Shown: positions 1 to 15,075 of the stretch, piece after piece
Layout of the letters: each line of letters starts with the position of its first letter
Position numbering within the stretch: the first letter of the stretch is position 1
Assembly (NCBI RefSeq): GCF_009914755.1
Contig: NC_060927.1
From: the human T2T-CHM13v2.0 reference genome, Homo sapiens
DNA length: 64,000 bases
Direction: 5' to 3' (one strand)
Position numbers and translations under genes: made by a program
Notes under the pieces: model-generated
Told to the model about the DNA's origin: nothing
The model's input: only the letters and a program-made list of their open reading frames with translations
The model's database searches: none

Positions 1-9
1 TTCAGGGGT

Positions 10-406
10 TGTATTAGTTTCTTCTCGCATCACTATTAATATAAAGAACTACCCGAGACTGAGACTGGGTAATTTATAACGAAAAGAGGTTTAATTGGCT
101 CAGGGTTCTGCAGGCTATGTAGGAAGCATGGCTGAGGAGGCCTCAGGAAACTTACAATCATCGTGGAAGGCAAAGGGGAAGCAGGCATGTCCTATATGAC
201 TGGAGCAGGAGGAAGAGAGAGAGTGGGGAGGTGCTACACACTTTTGAGCAACCAGATCTCGTGAGCACTCACTCACTCTCAGGAGAACAGCAAGGGCGGA
301 CATCTGCACCCATGATCCAGTCAACTCCCAGCAGGCCACTTCTCCAACACCGGGGGTTACAATTTGATACAAGATTTGGGTGGGGACATAGACCCAAACC
401 ATATCA
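10..406 (-). mobile_element. MSTA solo LTR (ERVL-MaLR)
   Basis: Runs tgtattagt...aaaccatatca, the reverse complement of the MST TGATATGG...TAATACA ends. Internal MSTA blocks include ggcctcaggaaacttacaatcat and accagatctcgtgag. 5-bp TSD GGGGT at 5-9 and 407-411. Confidence 0.93.
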
Positions 407-446
407 GGGGTTAATCCCAATATTATTTTGACTTGCTCTTTGACTA

Positions 447-752
447 TTTTTTTTTTTTTTTTTTTTTTTTTGAAATGGAGTCTCACTCTGTCGCCCAGGC
501 TGGAGTGCAGTGGTAAGATCTTGGCTCACTGCAACTTCTGCCTCCTGAGTTCAAGTGATTCTCCTGCCTTAGCCTCCTGAGTAGCTGGGATTACAGGCGC
601 CCGCCACCACACCTGGCTAACTTTTTGTATTTTTAGTAGAGACAGGGTTTCACCATACTGGCCAGGCTGGTCTCGAACTCCTGACCTTGTGATCTGCCTG
701 CCTTAGCCTCCCAAAGTGCTGGGATTACAGATGTGAGCCACCACGCCCGGCC
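447..752 (-). mobile_element. AluS (AluSg-like)
   Basis: Poly-T followed by a full antisense dimer ending cacgcccggcc. Has the 2-bp-short ctgaccttgtgatc form. Degenerate TSD acttgctctttgact / actgttccttgact. Confidence 0.92.
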
Positions 753-2050
753 ACTGTTCCTTGACTCTTGTTGGCTTAATTCCCAGACAGGATCTCTCTA
801 CATGGTGCCAAAAATGGCTCTACTGTTTTTGGTATCTAACATAATGTTGTTAACTTTCATTACATTTATAAACCTTAATTTATTTGCCTTTCAGCATTTA
901 TATTAAGCCTATGATAGATAGGCCTGTTTGAGTCACAGCCAAACGTTGAGAGATGAGACAGACCTATGACTTAATGGCCTCAATCTCACAGAGTGAGGAG
1001 AAATCAATCCAAAAGGAAATTGATCCTGGGAAGACCGAGAAGTACCAGAGTCCTGCACAAAACTTGTTGGTAGAATCCGAAACCAATCCACGCCTAAGAT
1101 CATGTACCACATCAGCAGGGTATTAATTATGATACCATACTGTTAAGCTATGGAGCCCTTTAGTTAAATGTCTTTGTGGACCCTTTCATATAAAGCATAT
1201 AGAAGCAGAGGTCCTCTGGTAGGTATTGGGAAATGGAGACACGAAGCCCAGTTGCTTGGCCACATCCCAGGGAGACTCTGAAGCATTGTTTTCATCTTTC
1301 CTTGCACTGCAGAGCCTAGGTAGTATTCTAAGTAATCAGGTGTCAACCTCTGAGAATAGTCGTATAGGATTCTCTGCTGTGGATTCTCTGTTGTACCCTT
1401 TAGTTTACAACAGAGTGCTGGGTTGAGTCCAGTTAGGAAAGATGGCTATGGGGATTGGCAGGTTGTGTCTGTATTCAAAAATCAAATTGAGAAAGTTAGT
1501 ATAGTAATATGACTATTTTATCATATTTCGGCCTTATTTTTCTTCATCACTTCTGATGATCAAACACTGGCTCATTGTACTTCTGTCACCTCTTAGAAAG
1601 CATTGGCTGTAGGCAAGAGAACCCACTCAAGCTGTGAGAAATTTACTGGATGGCTCAGGGGCAGCCCCAGGAGGGATAAGGACCATCAAGGAGCAAGAAG
1701 CCACCAAGAGCAAATGACCACTCTTTTTGTTCTTTCTTCCTTCTTCCTTTGTTCTTTTTTCTTGTCCCTCCTACTTGCCATCCCCAGTCATCGGTGAAAC
1801 ACAGTTTCCTGGTCTCCTCCCAGTCCTGGCTTTACATAATGCCCCAGTTGAGATCCAAAAAGGATGAAATCAGTGTGTGTTGTGTATCTGAGTTTACATT
1901 TCTGAGCAAATTATATACACAACTCACTCTAGCCCATGGTTCCATTGAGGTCAGATGTCCATCATTTATCCAATCAGTTATGTCCCAGAAGGCCAAGGGA
2001 TAGAAACAGATCAGCCAGGGCTATGGATAACATTTTCTAAGAGGTCGGGA

Positions 2051-2518
<468 letters not shown>

Positions 2519-3819
2519 TCAGGAGTGGGTCTTCTTTCCTATTCTCTGAGCCCCAGGCTCACATCCTCCTTTAAGCCCCAGTGGACCCAAGTGTCCCCAC
2601 AGCCTCCCCCTGGCCCCACATCCTGGAGGATGCTGCCCTTCCTCCATAGACTATCCCTGCTGTGTGGGTGGTGGGAAGCCCTCTCCCTTGTGCCTTCCGA
2701 GAGCTGAGGAAGATATTTTGGCCAACACAACCAAATCTGTACTGCTTTTCCCCCACTTCATGGCCCAGATATTTGGGTAACTTAACTTCTCAGAGCTGAT
2801 TCTCATGCTTTGACATGGTTTAGACTAAAATGAACACATTCCTCTTATTACCAGCATGAAGAACAATTAAAATAATCCCAGAGAATCAGCCTGTGGTTTG
2901 ATATCAGCTGCCAGTTTCTCTTCTGTTACTGTACACAGGATTTTCTCCATGTGAAAGATTTCATTCTTTCACCTTTACTCCAAAAGAATCGATGTGCCAA
3001 ATATAAATGTGTTATCTATGAGGCCATGGCACAAAGACACCATAGGTAAGAACATTTCACCTGACTTGGCCTCTTAGCCTGCTTCTATTTAAAAGTAGCA
3101 GAGAATCACTCTTGCCTCCCCTGCCTTCATGACCTTTCACACCCACTTATGAGTGAAATGGCCATTGAGGGCTCCTCCTAACCTTACTCTGCTGGTGACA
3201 CATGCTCTTATTAGACGTACAGAGCAGACATGACTAAGTCTATCTCTCAGTGCAAGGTCCTTAGGAGAAATTTCTCTCTTGTTCTGAACAAAGAAAGGAA
3301 AAGCAAAGCCAGTAGTTTATTCAGGCAGAAGGAACATGCTTTTAAATCAATTTTCATTATGTTTAATCTAAAAATCTGGAACATCAACATCTTTTCTGGT
3401 TGATAGAAACAACTATTAAACACGCTTGTCATTGATTTCTCTTCTGAAGTGATCAAATTAAAGGCAGCCCAAGATGAAGCAAGGCTGGAGTACTCATCCT
3501 ATAGTCTGTTTCTCTGTCACTTAGCCAGCTGTTAAAGGAGCAGTTGTTTCCATGGAAAGAGCCTTCCTTTGAGGAACATGGGGTTCAATGGACCCCCATG
3601 GTATTCCAATAGCAGGGACCAGTGGGAAACACTGTCCACACACCTTATAAGTGCAGGGACATCTTGAGACCACATTAGATGACTTTTTCTGTCTGCCTCT
3701 GGAAAATATTTGAAGACCCAATTTGAAAAGTTTTCATAAATAATTGAGCTATTTTAATTGTCAACTAATAAGTTAGAGAATCTAAAGGCTCACTGCTGGC
3801 TTAAGTAGGACCACCACGG

Positions 3820-4520
3820 GCTTAAAACCCTCCAGGGGAGCCTAAATTCAGAGCATTTGAAGACCTTGATGACCTGACTCCAGTGAACATCTCAGTCTTT
3901 TCCTTCCACATGGCAGAAGGCAAAGGGGAAGCAGGCACGTCCTACGTGGCTGGAGCAGAAGGAAGAGAGAGAGTGGGGAGCTGCTACACACTTTTAAACA
4001 ACCAGATCTTATGACCACTCACTCACTGTGAGGAGAACAGCAAGGGGGGACATCAGCAGCAATGATCCAGTCACCTCCCGGCAGGCCCCTTCTCCAACAC
4101 TGGGGGTTACAGTTTGAATGGGGCCTTTCCCCATTCCGTGCCGCCATCCTCCAGCCTTAACCTACTCACACATTTATAGTCTCTAGAACCAGCCCTGTAT
4201 TCTCTCACACCGAGACCACTGTACCTGCTTTTCTCTCTGCAGGAAGTGATCTCTTCCTCCCACTCCATTCAGAAGCCTCTGGGCTTATCCTTTGGTCTCA
4301 GTTTCATCATCTCCTCTGACCTCCTTGGATGGACCTCCAGTCTAGAGTGGGGCATTGATGGCCTGTTTCCAAAGCATGTAGCACCATCCTAGAACTTCTT
4401 GTACTATTATATTAAGAAGTCCAAATAAACTTTTTGCCACTGAACTTTAAATTCCTTGAGGAGAGGGATGGTGTCTGGTTAACTGTCGCATCCTCAATAT
4501 ATGATCAGGCACGTAGTAAG
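3820..4520 (+). mobile_element. Old L2 fragment, interrupted by the MSTA piece at 3909-4117
   Basis: Pyrimidine-rich L2 3' region, ending in a degenerate ttccttgaggagaggga...ggcacgtagtaag terminus. Confidence 0.55.
3909..4117 (-). mobile_element. Internal MSTA LTR fragment without LTR ends
   Basis: catggcagaaggcaaaggggaagcaggcacg...ctccaacactgggggttacagtttga is colinear with about 159-367 of the LTR at 10-406. Confidence 0.88.
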
Positions 4521-4864
4521 TATATGTATAGAATCAGATGTGTAAATCTCATAGACTCAGAGATCCAAAGGTTGGAGGGCATGTGAAAATATCTGCGTTT
4601 TCTAGCTGTTAGATAAGAATGGCATCTTCTCCAACATTTCACTCAGCATGTAGCATCCTTGCTCAAGGCCATCTTCATTAGGCATGTGATGAGTGGATGC
4701 ATCTTCACCATGAGACTGGGCTTCTCTCTCAGGTACCCAGCACCACCAATCCAACAAAGATTTTGCCACATTCATCAAAAAGATCTGAATTCATGTGTCC
4801 ACGGTTTGAGGAGCTAAGATAATGGCATTCTGACATATCAGCTGTGTCATTGTTAAGATAAAAT

Positions 4865-5218
<354 letters not shown>

Positions 5219-5374
5219 CAGAATGGAATTTTTAAACAAGATTTTGGCAAGATTGGAATCAAATCTGGCTGTCAAGTAATGGGCATTCAGGAAATCCTTG
5301 AAAATAATCCCTTACAGTTGTACTTGTAATGTGCTTTTTTCTGTATTTCCCCCAAGTTCTTACCATGGTCAATA

Positions 5375-5800
5375 GTGCCTCACCATCGCTGGCCATTCTC
5401 CCTCACTCTCAGAACATCAGCTGTGCTGGTCACCTTTTAGTTGCCTGAACAACCCAAACTTTCTCCCTCCCCTGGGCTTTTGAACATTCTTCTCCTTCTG
5501 AACTGGAAAGACTCCCCTGCTGCTCTGCTTCTCTACTGGGGAAGAGGCTCTTTCCCATGTTCTTTGTCTCAGCTAAAATGTGTCCATTGCCTTTCCATCT
5601 CAGGTCCCCTATAGGTTTTCTTCATAGAGATTATGATCATTTAGAATTATCTTAATTAGGTGCTTTGACTTTTCCCTCTCTTTTAAAATTCTTGTTTTGT
5701 CTATCTCTTGAACAGTAGCGTAAGGACTGGGGCAGTCTGTGATGTGTCTCTATAACCTGATACTGTGCCTAGCACAGAGTAAGTACCCAGGATGAATTCA
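5375..5800 (+). mobile_element. L2 3' fragment
   Basis: L2-like body ending tgtgcctagcacagagtaagtacccaggatgaat. Confidence 0.6.
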
Positions 5801-8789
5801 GAGAGGCCAAGTGGCTTGCTCTCAGTCCTACCACCAGTCTCTGTTTACTGTGCACTACAGTTTGTTTGTTTCTCCCTGTCTGTACTATACTTTTCCTAAA
5901 AAACGGTACAATGAGACCCCAAGGCTTACAGAAGAAATAATATAAAGAATATTGCTACAACATGGATGGTGGTACTAAGAGAGAGTCTAAAATATTGTCT
6001 CCAAAATGCATGTGTCATATTTGTCTTTCCTTTTGAAAACCTAGCTGAATGATCAAGTTTAGGTCTGAAGCAACTGACTTTTATGAATGCCACCTCCATC
6101 TAAGCAGCAGTTACTGATTTTGAAGGAAGAACAGGGACATTTGGGGGATGAACCACATTTCTGCAGTGCTCCTTTTCTGTGCATGTTGCTAAATGCAATA
6201 TGTTGGGGAAAAGATTGATTGCTTAAGGCATATTGTTTATACTGTATTACTTGGGTCTGATGGAAAAGTTCCTAACAGTGGTTTTCTTGCTAAAGATATG
6301 GTTTATGGGGAAGTGTGGAATGTGATTTTTTGGTGGGACATCATCATGATTTAGGTGAACTCCAGAGAAATTTGATACTGGGAGAGGCCAGGAAAAACAT
6401 GCAGGTCCATGAAGCTTCTTTAGCATTAGCCCTCAGTTCTTCATCAGATTGTAAATGCTCTCTGCTTTTAATTACCATCCTTATTCAGGCCAAGCTAATT
6501 GCTCTGGGCCAGACTGGAAAGGAAAATTCCCAGAAAGCCTGATATCTTGATAGAATGGTAGTGAGTTTCCTGAAGAAGACGCTAAGAAATCCTTAATGAA
6601 TTAGCATTTCAACTTTTGTAACAGTATACTAAAGGAATGGGGGGGTTGGAATCATAGATTTTTGACAGCTGTTTGCCATCATAGCACTTGACAATCTGCT
6701 TCTTATTTGGCTTTCTGGTATGTAAAAGCATGAAATTCTCAAGAAGTATTGATCACTGTATGACAATACGTATGTAACAAAACTGTATTGAAAAAACTTT
6801 CTTTTAAAAATGATATTCCTATTTGGTTACTAAAATGTGTGGGTCTTTTTATTTAGAAAATGTTGTGGTTTTGTTAAACATAAGTTATTTAAGGGTTAAA
6901 ATAATCTTAATTTTAACTATTAATGTTACTGAGAACAGATTTTCAACCAAGTACAACTGAGTGCAAACAGGAACAAACTTGGAAAAGAAGATTAGTGGTT
7001 GGGAATGCAGAGACACAGCAAGGGCTGGGCCTTGGCCACAGTACATACATTCACAGAGGCCCTTTGCTATATTAGCAGAGCCAGACATTTTTGTAAGGTC
7101 TGGTGATTTCCCCAGACTTCATGGAATCTAGATTAAGTTTGCCAATTTCCCATTTCTCTGGAGATGATAATCCAACATAGGGCTGAATTAGGAACACTCA
7201 GAATGTGTGGGCTTGATGGTTCTCTTATTAAGCTGGATTGCCCTTCTCTGTCTGTAGCTGGTCAGTAAACAGGAGAGTCTACTCTTTGGCCATCAGTGTT
7301 CTAGGGACACTTGCAGAACCAGATGTAAAGTTACCTAGTTCATTGACAAAAGACATCTACTGAGCTAAAGATTAGTCCCTATGCTGGCCAATGGGATAAG
7401 TGTTCATTTTTAGGAAATACAGCCTAAGTCCTTGCAGTGAACAATCCAAGCCAATTCGGTAATTTGTACATGTTAAAATATTTTTAGTAGTTATTGGCAT
7501 CCTCCAACATTTAGCAGTGAGGCTGTAACAAGTCTCAGGCCAATTCTGCCATCTATGCAGATATTTATTAGCAAGTATGCACAAAAGCCAACTGTTTTAA
7601 AGCTCAAGGAGGTTCCAGCTCTTTATCCTTCAGGTGTTCTGATGGCCCCTTGCATCAGAGCAAATGCATTATTTGCAAGAGTCAGCTAACGTTCTATTTG
7701 GAGTCAGGTAACTGAGAGGCCTGAGTCAGCAGCTGAAGGCAAGACTGTTTAAAAATCTGGCCAGGGGGCACTATTTCTAAAGATAGAGCTCCCAAAGTAC
7801 TTATTTGGGTGTTTGCAGAGAAAGGCAAGGCTCCTGCAGCATATTGAACCAATCCACAGAGTGGATATGTCCAGTTTTACCAGTAAGAGTTCACTTCTAA
7901 TATCCATTGTGGTAATTGAGAAAATTTTTGGTGTTGGTCAGAGATAAATACCCATAGCACATGCAACCATTTGTTTAAATACTAGCTGGAAGGTATATTC
8001 CTAATGAGGTCAATTGACCATTTTTGATATATAGACTAAAATTAGCATTCACATTTGTATCAAAACATCTACTCTGAAGTATTCTACAGTAAATTCCATA
8101 GCATATAACAATGCTGTATTATATACTGTTAAGGTTTCTTTTGTGAAATGGAAAGAATAGTGGTGGTGATCTCATAGAATTGTGAAGATTTAAAAACATA
8201 ATATTGTTTAGCACTATGCCACGCCTATATCAAGTGCTCAATAAGTGCTAATCATTATTATGTAGAAATTCAGGATAACATTATTACTTATTGTTCCATA
8301 TAGAGTTTTTGTGGAGTGAATTCTTCCTTCGTTTTATTTTGGACTTGCCAAGTTCTGACACTCTCCAAAAGAAAAGGGAAAAGACTGGGCCATGCATGTG
8401 TTTCCCTTCCCAGCAGAAGAGCATTCAGAGTCATCTTCACTCTTTGCGGTCAAGGCCCCTGCTGTAGGTCGTGTGTCCAGCTTGTCCTGCCTAAAAGCAT
8501 CATGCCATGCTTGAGAAAAAGAAAAAAAAAAGTCTACTGAAGCCATCACCTCTCCTTGTCTCAAAAGACTTTATGACTACATCATTTAGAAACGACTAGA
8601 GTAAGAACCAAGAAGCTTGAGAGGAAAGGCTGAGCTGTGCAAATTGATGATGCACTTCTGAAGCATCCTTCCTAACGGTGGAGTAGGGCAGGTGTCATCT
8701 GAGTAGCACAGCAAGAATAACTGGGGTACTAAGAGCTGCCATTATGGGGCAGGTAAAACGCACACCAGACCCTGTGTTACGAGCTTTTG

Positions 8790-8935
8790 CATGTGTCAGA
8801 TAGGCCCTATTATCTCCATTTACTTGATGAGGAAGCTGAGGTTTAGAGAGATTGAGGATTTTGCCTAAGGAAATGGGATAATTCATGGAACAAATGGAAT
8901 TCAACCTTGGGTCTTCTGCCCAGGTGTGAGACTGT
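8790..8935 (-). mobile_element. MIR
   Basis: Antisense MIR core tattatctccatttacttgatgaggaagctgaggtttagagag. Confidence 0.7.
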
Positions 8936-9097
8936 GACCTCAGATTCCATGTTACATGCAAGAAGGTCTCCTGCATACGTGTGTGTCCTCTGAGGCTGCT
9001 TTTAAGGAACTGCCAAAGTCTTTAGAATGCCTAATGGGAGATTAGAAATGTTGTTCCTGTTCCCACAAGTTTGAGTTATATCACCTCTACTGAATTA

Positions 9098-9484
<387 letters not shown>

Positions 9485-11689
9485 CTAACTTGTCCTGAAT
9501 TATGTTTCCCATAGCCTTGGCAACCCAAGGTAGGAAACTTTAAATTTTGCAACATGTATCTCTTACATGGAGAGTTCTCTGTGCTATATTAAATGACAGA
9601 AGGAAAACTCAGCTCATCACACTTGTAAAAGAAACCACAGCATTCCTAGGTTTAAATGTTGAGTCATAACAATTCTATTTGATGGGCTTTTAAATATCTT
9701 GGAATTTGCATTTTGAATGTGTTAAACATCACAAAAGGATTTTGATGGTGTTATCACAGCAAATACTGTAATCACATCCTATAATTTATATAACCCCAAC
9801 TGCTGTCAGTATGTCAAAAATCATGAAATGTTATTCATGATACACACAACTTCTCTACTGAAGGAAATTGAGGGTCCTGAATCAAATTCCTTGAGGGCAT
9901 TTTTAATGACTTTGTATGGTAAGTCTGTCCACTGTGAAGGGTAGTCAGGCAAGTCAAGCAGTGGGTTAATAAGTAGATCAAAGCTTCAAATACTCAGTTG
10001 AACAAGCCAAGGTGTCTGGAAGGCAGGCCAGGGCAGAGAGGTAGACCTCTGAACGGAAGCAAGTTTAGCAGCCTGGGAACACCTGCATTGCAGAGTGCAG
10101 CAGTGATCTGCGGCTCGTGCTGGAGGCCTTCCAGGAAGCAGGCCAATTAACCTTGGGGCTAAGAGTTGGTATCTTTTAGAAACCTTGCCTCTGGTCTGAA
10201 CTTTTGTACCCAGACTACTCTAGATGGGGGCCGGAAGGAGAAGCCGTGACATTGTCAGACTTTTTTTTTTTAATAACCGAACTCTGTTTTGCTCCCCCCA
10301 AATAGTCACTTTGTCTTATTAAAGAAGAGATGATCAAATGTAACCTCATCCCTCCATGCACAATTATTTGCAAATGTTCACCTCCAAATCAGTCTTATAT
10401 TCAAACATAGTACCAAACTTCTGCAGGAAAGGAGTTGGGGCCATCAAGATGTGAAAGGTGTAGGGAGTCCAGTGCAGAGTTGCAATGAAAGAGGGGAAGA
10501 ACAGAAATGTTCCGTAGAAGAAGATGGGACAAATGAAAAGAGCAAGTTTGCCTCCTGAGAGAAGAGGGAGCAGCAGACTTCGTGAGCAGGCAGGGGACCT
10601 GACCCCAGATGGGCAAAGTGACAGGATCTTTTCAAGAGCAAGGATAGCTCCTATTTAATTTCATGCTATTTGCTCTGCTATAGTGAAAACCTCTGCACCT
10701 TCCTGAAAGTCCACCACATTTTCACAAAGGCCTCCAAGAGTGGTTTTTGGAGGACATCATGGGAAGTTTTAGTTTTGTACCTCTCTACACTCTTGGGAAG
10801 GGGGCCAGAGAGTGTGCATTAGGATGGTGAGGTAGTTTACAAACAGAACAAATCTAGCAGGAGCTCAGAACCAGAGTAACTGCACAGCTGCAAACACCAT
10901 CCTTCCGCAGGACCACAGTAGCCACCAGCAGAGCCATGGAGCTTCTTCCCACATGGGATTGGTTGGGATAAGTTACTGCTAGTCCCATTGTTAGAATATC
11001 TTGACTGAAAGATATGTTTCTGCCAAATGTTCAATAGGTTATAAAATGCAGTGATTTTAAAAAGGGTCAGAAGATGTCCATTTTGATTTTTTTTCTCCCC
11101 TCCTATGTTATGTAACATCTGCTCCTCAGCTTCTCCAATTGAAGAATGGGAAGATTGGCCTTCATTAGGAGATCTCAAAAATCTGACATCCAGCCATGTG
11201 TGAATTTCAAGCAGTCTGTGATCCCTCCCATCAAAACTTGTACATGTGCATGTCTTATTATTTCATTTTATTTATTTTTTTTGGTAGAGGAGGCTGTCAT
11301 CCTCCAAAATGTTAAGAACTATGGGAACAGATCTCTTATGTTTAGTCTAGCTATATGGGCCTCTCTTGTTTTCTTTTGTTGTAAATTGCTTCTCTTTGTC
11401 TACCTAAATGACAAGCAAAATACATGAATTATTTTCTGTAGGGAAATTGAGAAGCCAACAAGCCTGAATGCAAATCCTGCATGACATGTCTTATTGTACA
11501 GAAATGTCAGTGACTAGGAGAGAGACAAATCCACTGAAGACAGCCTTGGTTGGTACCAAAAGATAGTGGCCCAGATCCTTGTTATATCTTGTCCCTGGTA
11601 AATGAGGCAAACACCATGTCACTGGGTTTGAGACACAAGTCCTATTGATTCCACTCTCAGTATACATCTCATATATTTTCCCTTCTTAT

Positions 11690-12450
11690 CATTAGCAATG
11701 TGCCATCTACCCTGTCTCCTGCCTGGAACATCCCTGCAGACTTCTAAGTGATCTTTTGGGTTCACTCTTAACACTTCCAGCCTTCTCCCTGCCATTATTT
11801 TAGTTCCTGGGAGGTGAGCACCCAGCCACCCTCTGCCATCATGGTCCTTTCTTGTTTCCTGGCTAACACTTACCTAATCTTTATGTTTCAAGTTACAAAT
11901 CCCTTCCCTAACTCCTCAAATAGAAAGGGACCACCTATCACTCTCTCATAGAACCACTTCTTGTTCTTGTTAGCACTTAGCACAGCTTATTATTATTACG
12001 TATTGCTTGGGCTATTTTTAAATTATGCGTGGTAACTCTAGAGTAACGGTCACTAAAATAAAGTCTGGGTCACTAACTGACATTTTTTTGTTTACCACTC
12101 TGTTCCCAGTACCTAACACAGTACCATACAAATGGTAATATGGATGAATGAATGGTAAAATAGTGTCCACTTGGGAGAACCTGATTTTACTCTTGTTATA
12201 GTTGAATCTATTTACCTAATGCTTCTGCAGTCCTTTAAGTCTCTTTTTAAGTACTGCCTCTTCTGGAGTCCCCTCCCTGCACTGGCTCCATGGGCCAGTT
12301 ATTATACAATACAGTATGGTTATCTTTATTTACTCCTGTGTCTCTTCACTTTGTAAGCATCCCAGGACTGAATCATGCCCAAGTCTCTCATGTCCACAGT
12401 CTTCCTTGGCCTAGGCTTTATAGATATTTGGTAGGTAAATAAATAGCAAA
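11690..12450 (+). mobile_element. L2 fragments
   Basis: L2 3' ends ccactctgttcccagtacctaacacagtacc...ggatgaatgaatg and tgtaagcatcccaggactg. Confidence 0.55.
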
Positions 12451-13261
12451 TAACTATATTATTAGTCCTGATAAGTTTAAATCTTAAAAAACTGTGAATG
12501 TAATGCACTTATCACTTAGCTATAACCTAGTTGATAAACAGTATGTAATTTCACACCCATCTGATTTATCCATGGTTAAAAAAACACACAACTGATTTTA
12601 CATATGGAATGTTGAAACTGGGAGCACATACGGTGACACCTCAGAGAGCCTGCATCTTACATATCTTTGCATGTGGCTCACATGCCCAATACTCCTATAA
12701 ATGTTTGTTGTGTGAGTGAATGAGTCCATGAATGTATGACTTCAACTTGCTATCACTTTTGGTATTAGATTTTCAAATTTCCCAACATGGAGATATGGAA
12801 GCCATTGTTATTTGAAATAACTCTGTGTTTGTTACTCATTTTAGTTAGCAACAAAAAGATGAAAACGATCAAATTTTACCATTCCCACATGTTTCAGAGC
12901 TTTTCCCTTCTTGTGGTTGTTTCCTGAACACACATATTTGAGGGAATATTCAGTACTCATAACGCGTTTAAAGACAATTGCCTTGAGTTTTGGAGCAATT
13001 GAATTCTGAAATAGCTCATTTGTATTAGTTATAGGTAAGAAGCTATCCAGATAACAATACAGTCTGATTCTGTTGGTGTAAACCACCTTATCAGTTGAAA
13101 TTCATTGCTTCATAAAATCATTTAAGCCCCCTCATATATTAATTTAGATCACCGTTAGGATTTTTTAAAAAAATCTAAATCATGATGTATCTTTTATTTT
13201 CCTTAAGAATCTGGACCAGAAGCACAATTGATTTCTTCACATGAAACTGGAAGGTAGCTGT

Positions 13262-13806
13262 TCTAGGGGAGAAAGGAAACTTTTCATCTACCCTCTTAGA
13301 TTCAGTGACCAAAGCTGATTAATTAAACTGACAAAAACAGATTATTAGGAGAAAGGTTTATTTCATATGCACATGGGGGGCCACACAGGAAAGAAGTGAA
13401 AACTTTAAAAATTAGTTAGGCCTTTGAGTTTATATACTGTTTTAACAAAGGGTAATAAATTATGGAGAAGTGACAAGACAAAGGAAAGGAGGTTTAGGCT
13501 TCTAGGGGTGGCACATTGTGGGAAGGTAAATAGGGAAGACAAATGGATGATAAGGATTATTTAGTAAAGTTTGCTATGCAGACGAAAGTTAGTGCTGTTT
13601 CCAGTGATAAGAGTTATTGCCTCTTCCTGGTACAGGAGAGGGGAAGGCAAACCTTCACAACAGGAAATTTGTGTCCAAATTTTAGGCAGAAAAGGTAAAG
13701 GACACATAATTCCTCCTGCATCTGCTCTTTCTCAGTTGCCTTCAGCTGAAAATAATCTTTATGACAAAGTGGCATATTTTGGGGTGGCATATTCTGATCC
13801 CTGTCA
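13262..13806 (-). mobile_element. ERV1 solo LTR, MER34/MER39-like
   Basis: Ends cttcagctgaaaataatc...aaagtggcatattttggggtggcatattctgatccctgtca, the reverse complement of the MER34-type 5' end. 4-bp TSD CTGT at 13258-13261 and 13807-13810. Confidence 0.78.
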
Positions 13807-14829
13807 CTGTTTATAGTCTTCCACTTATTAGCAACTTCCTAATCATTGCTGTTGGCTTCTGATGGCCGCCATTTTATACTGCTCTGTCCCCAATACTGTT
13901 ACTGCATTTATATACATTTCCTTATTAATTAGCATCCTGCTGTATTCTGTGACTTCATATTTTCTTTTATCTTTTAACTGAGTAATCTCATCTGTCAGTC
14001 ATGATATTACTGTGGGTCATAAGGGTTTGAAAACCTTTTACCTTTTTTGTACCAGTGTTGGACATGGTAATCTTAAGGAAGGCTGTTCCTCAATATAGCC
14101 TGTTGAGGTGAACATGTTTGGCTGATTTTCTTAACTGGTTTTGTCTAATATTCCTTGCCTGATTGTTCAAGATGTCTCACCACCAGTCCGTGACTAAGTG
14201 TGGGGGAAGATCTGTCAGGGCACCCAGACACCTTAGAGCCCCAAGTCTCTAGATGTCTTCTTTGTGGTAATTACCTTCCTCTTAGTATCCATTCAAGGAG
14301 CCAGTCGGAGGTGTCCAAAAAATCACTTTTGAAACTCTCCAAATGAGGAGTGGAAAGCCTGGGGATACTGAGGAACTGACCTTTGTCCCTTTCAACTTGG
14401 TGCTATCAGTGACCACACCCCAGAATTTCTGAGGCTCCTTGACAACTCAATGGACATTGACGAAAGAAGTTTGAAGACTGAGGCTCCAGCCTGTGCTCTG
14501 CCATGTGCCCTTATATAAATCACTTCCTTTTTCTGGGTCCAAGTTTCTCTACTTCATTGGGTCAGGTGCTATAAAATTTATATTGTATAACAAAGTTAAA
14601 GTGCTGATACTGTGAATATTTAAAATATTCATGTGAAGATAATCATTGCAGTAATGACTCAGTGGGTTGAATTTGCCTACTCTAAGTATTCTTAGGTATT
14701 CATTTCTAAAATATTTCTCCAGAAATTCTTAGTACCTGGTATGTAGGAGACATTTAATAAGTTTTGTTGAGTGAAAAGAAAACCTTACCTTTCCCTGGGT
14801 TCATGCATTGTTGATTGAGCGGCCAAAAA

Positions 14830-15075
14830 TAATGATAAAAATTACAGCTGCATTTATTGAATGCTCACAGTTGGCCAGGCACAGTTCAAAGAGATTAACA
14901 CATAACTATATGTCAAGAATATTTCTAAATAAATGTAACATTAATATTTTATTTAAATATAAGCATATCATTAAGTATAAATATATAACAGTCTTATGAG
15001 ATAGGTATTATTGTTATCCCTATTTTCAGATGATAAAACTGAGGCATTGAATAATTGAATAACTTTCCCAAATAT
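14830..15075 (-). mobile_element. MIR with an internal AT-rich stretch
   Basis: catttattgaatgctcac...ccaggcac and ttatccctattttcagatgataaaactgaggc. Confidence 0.65.
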
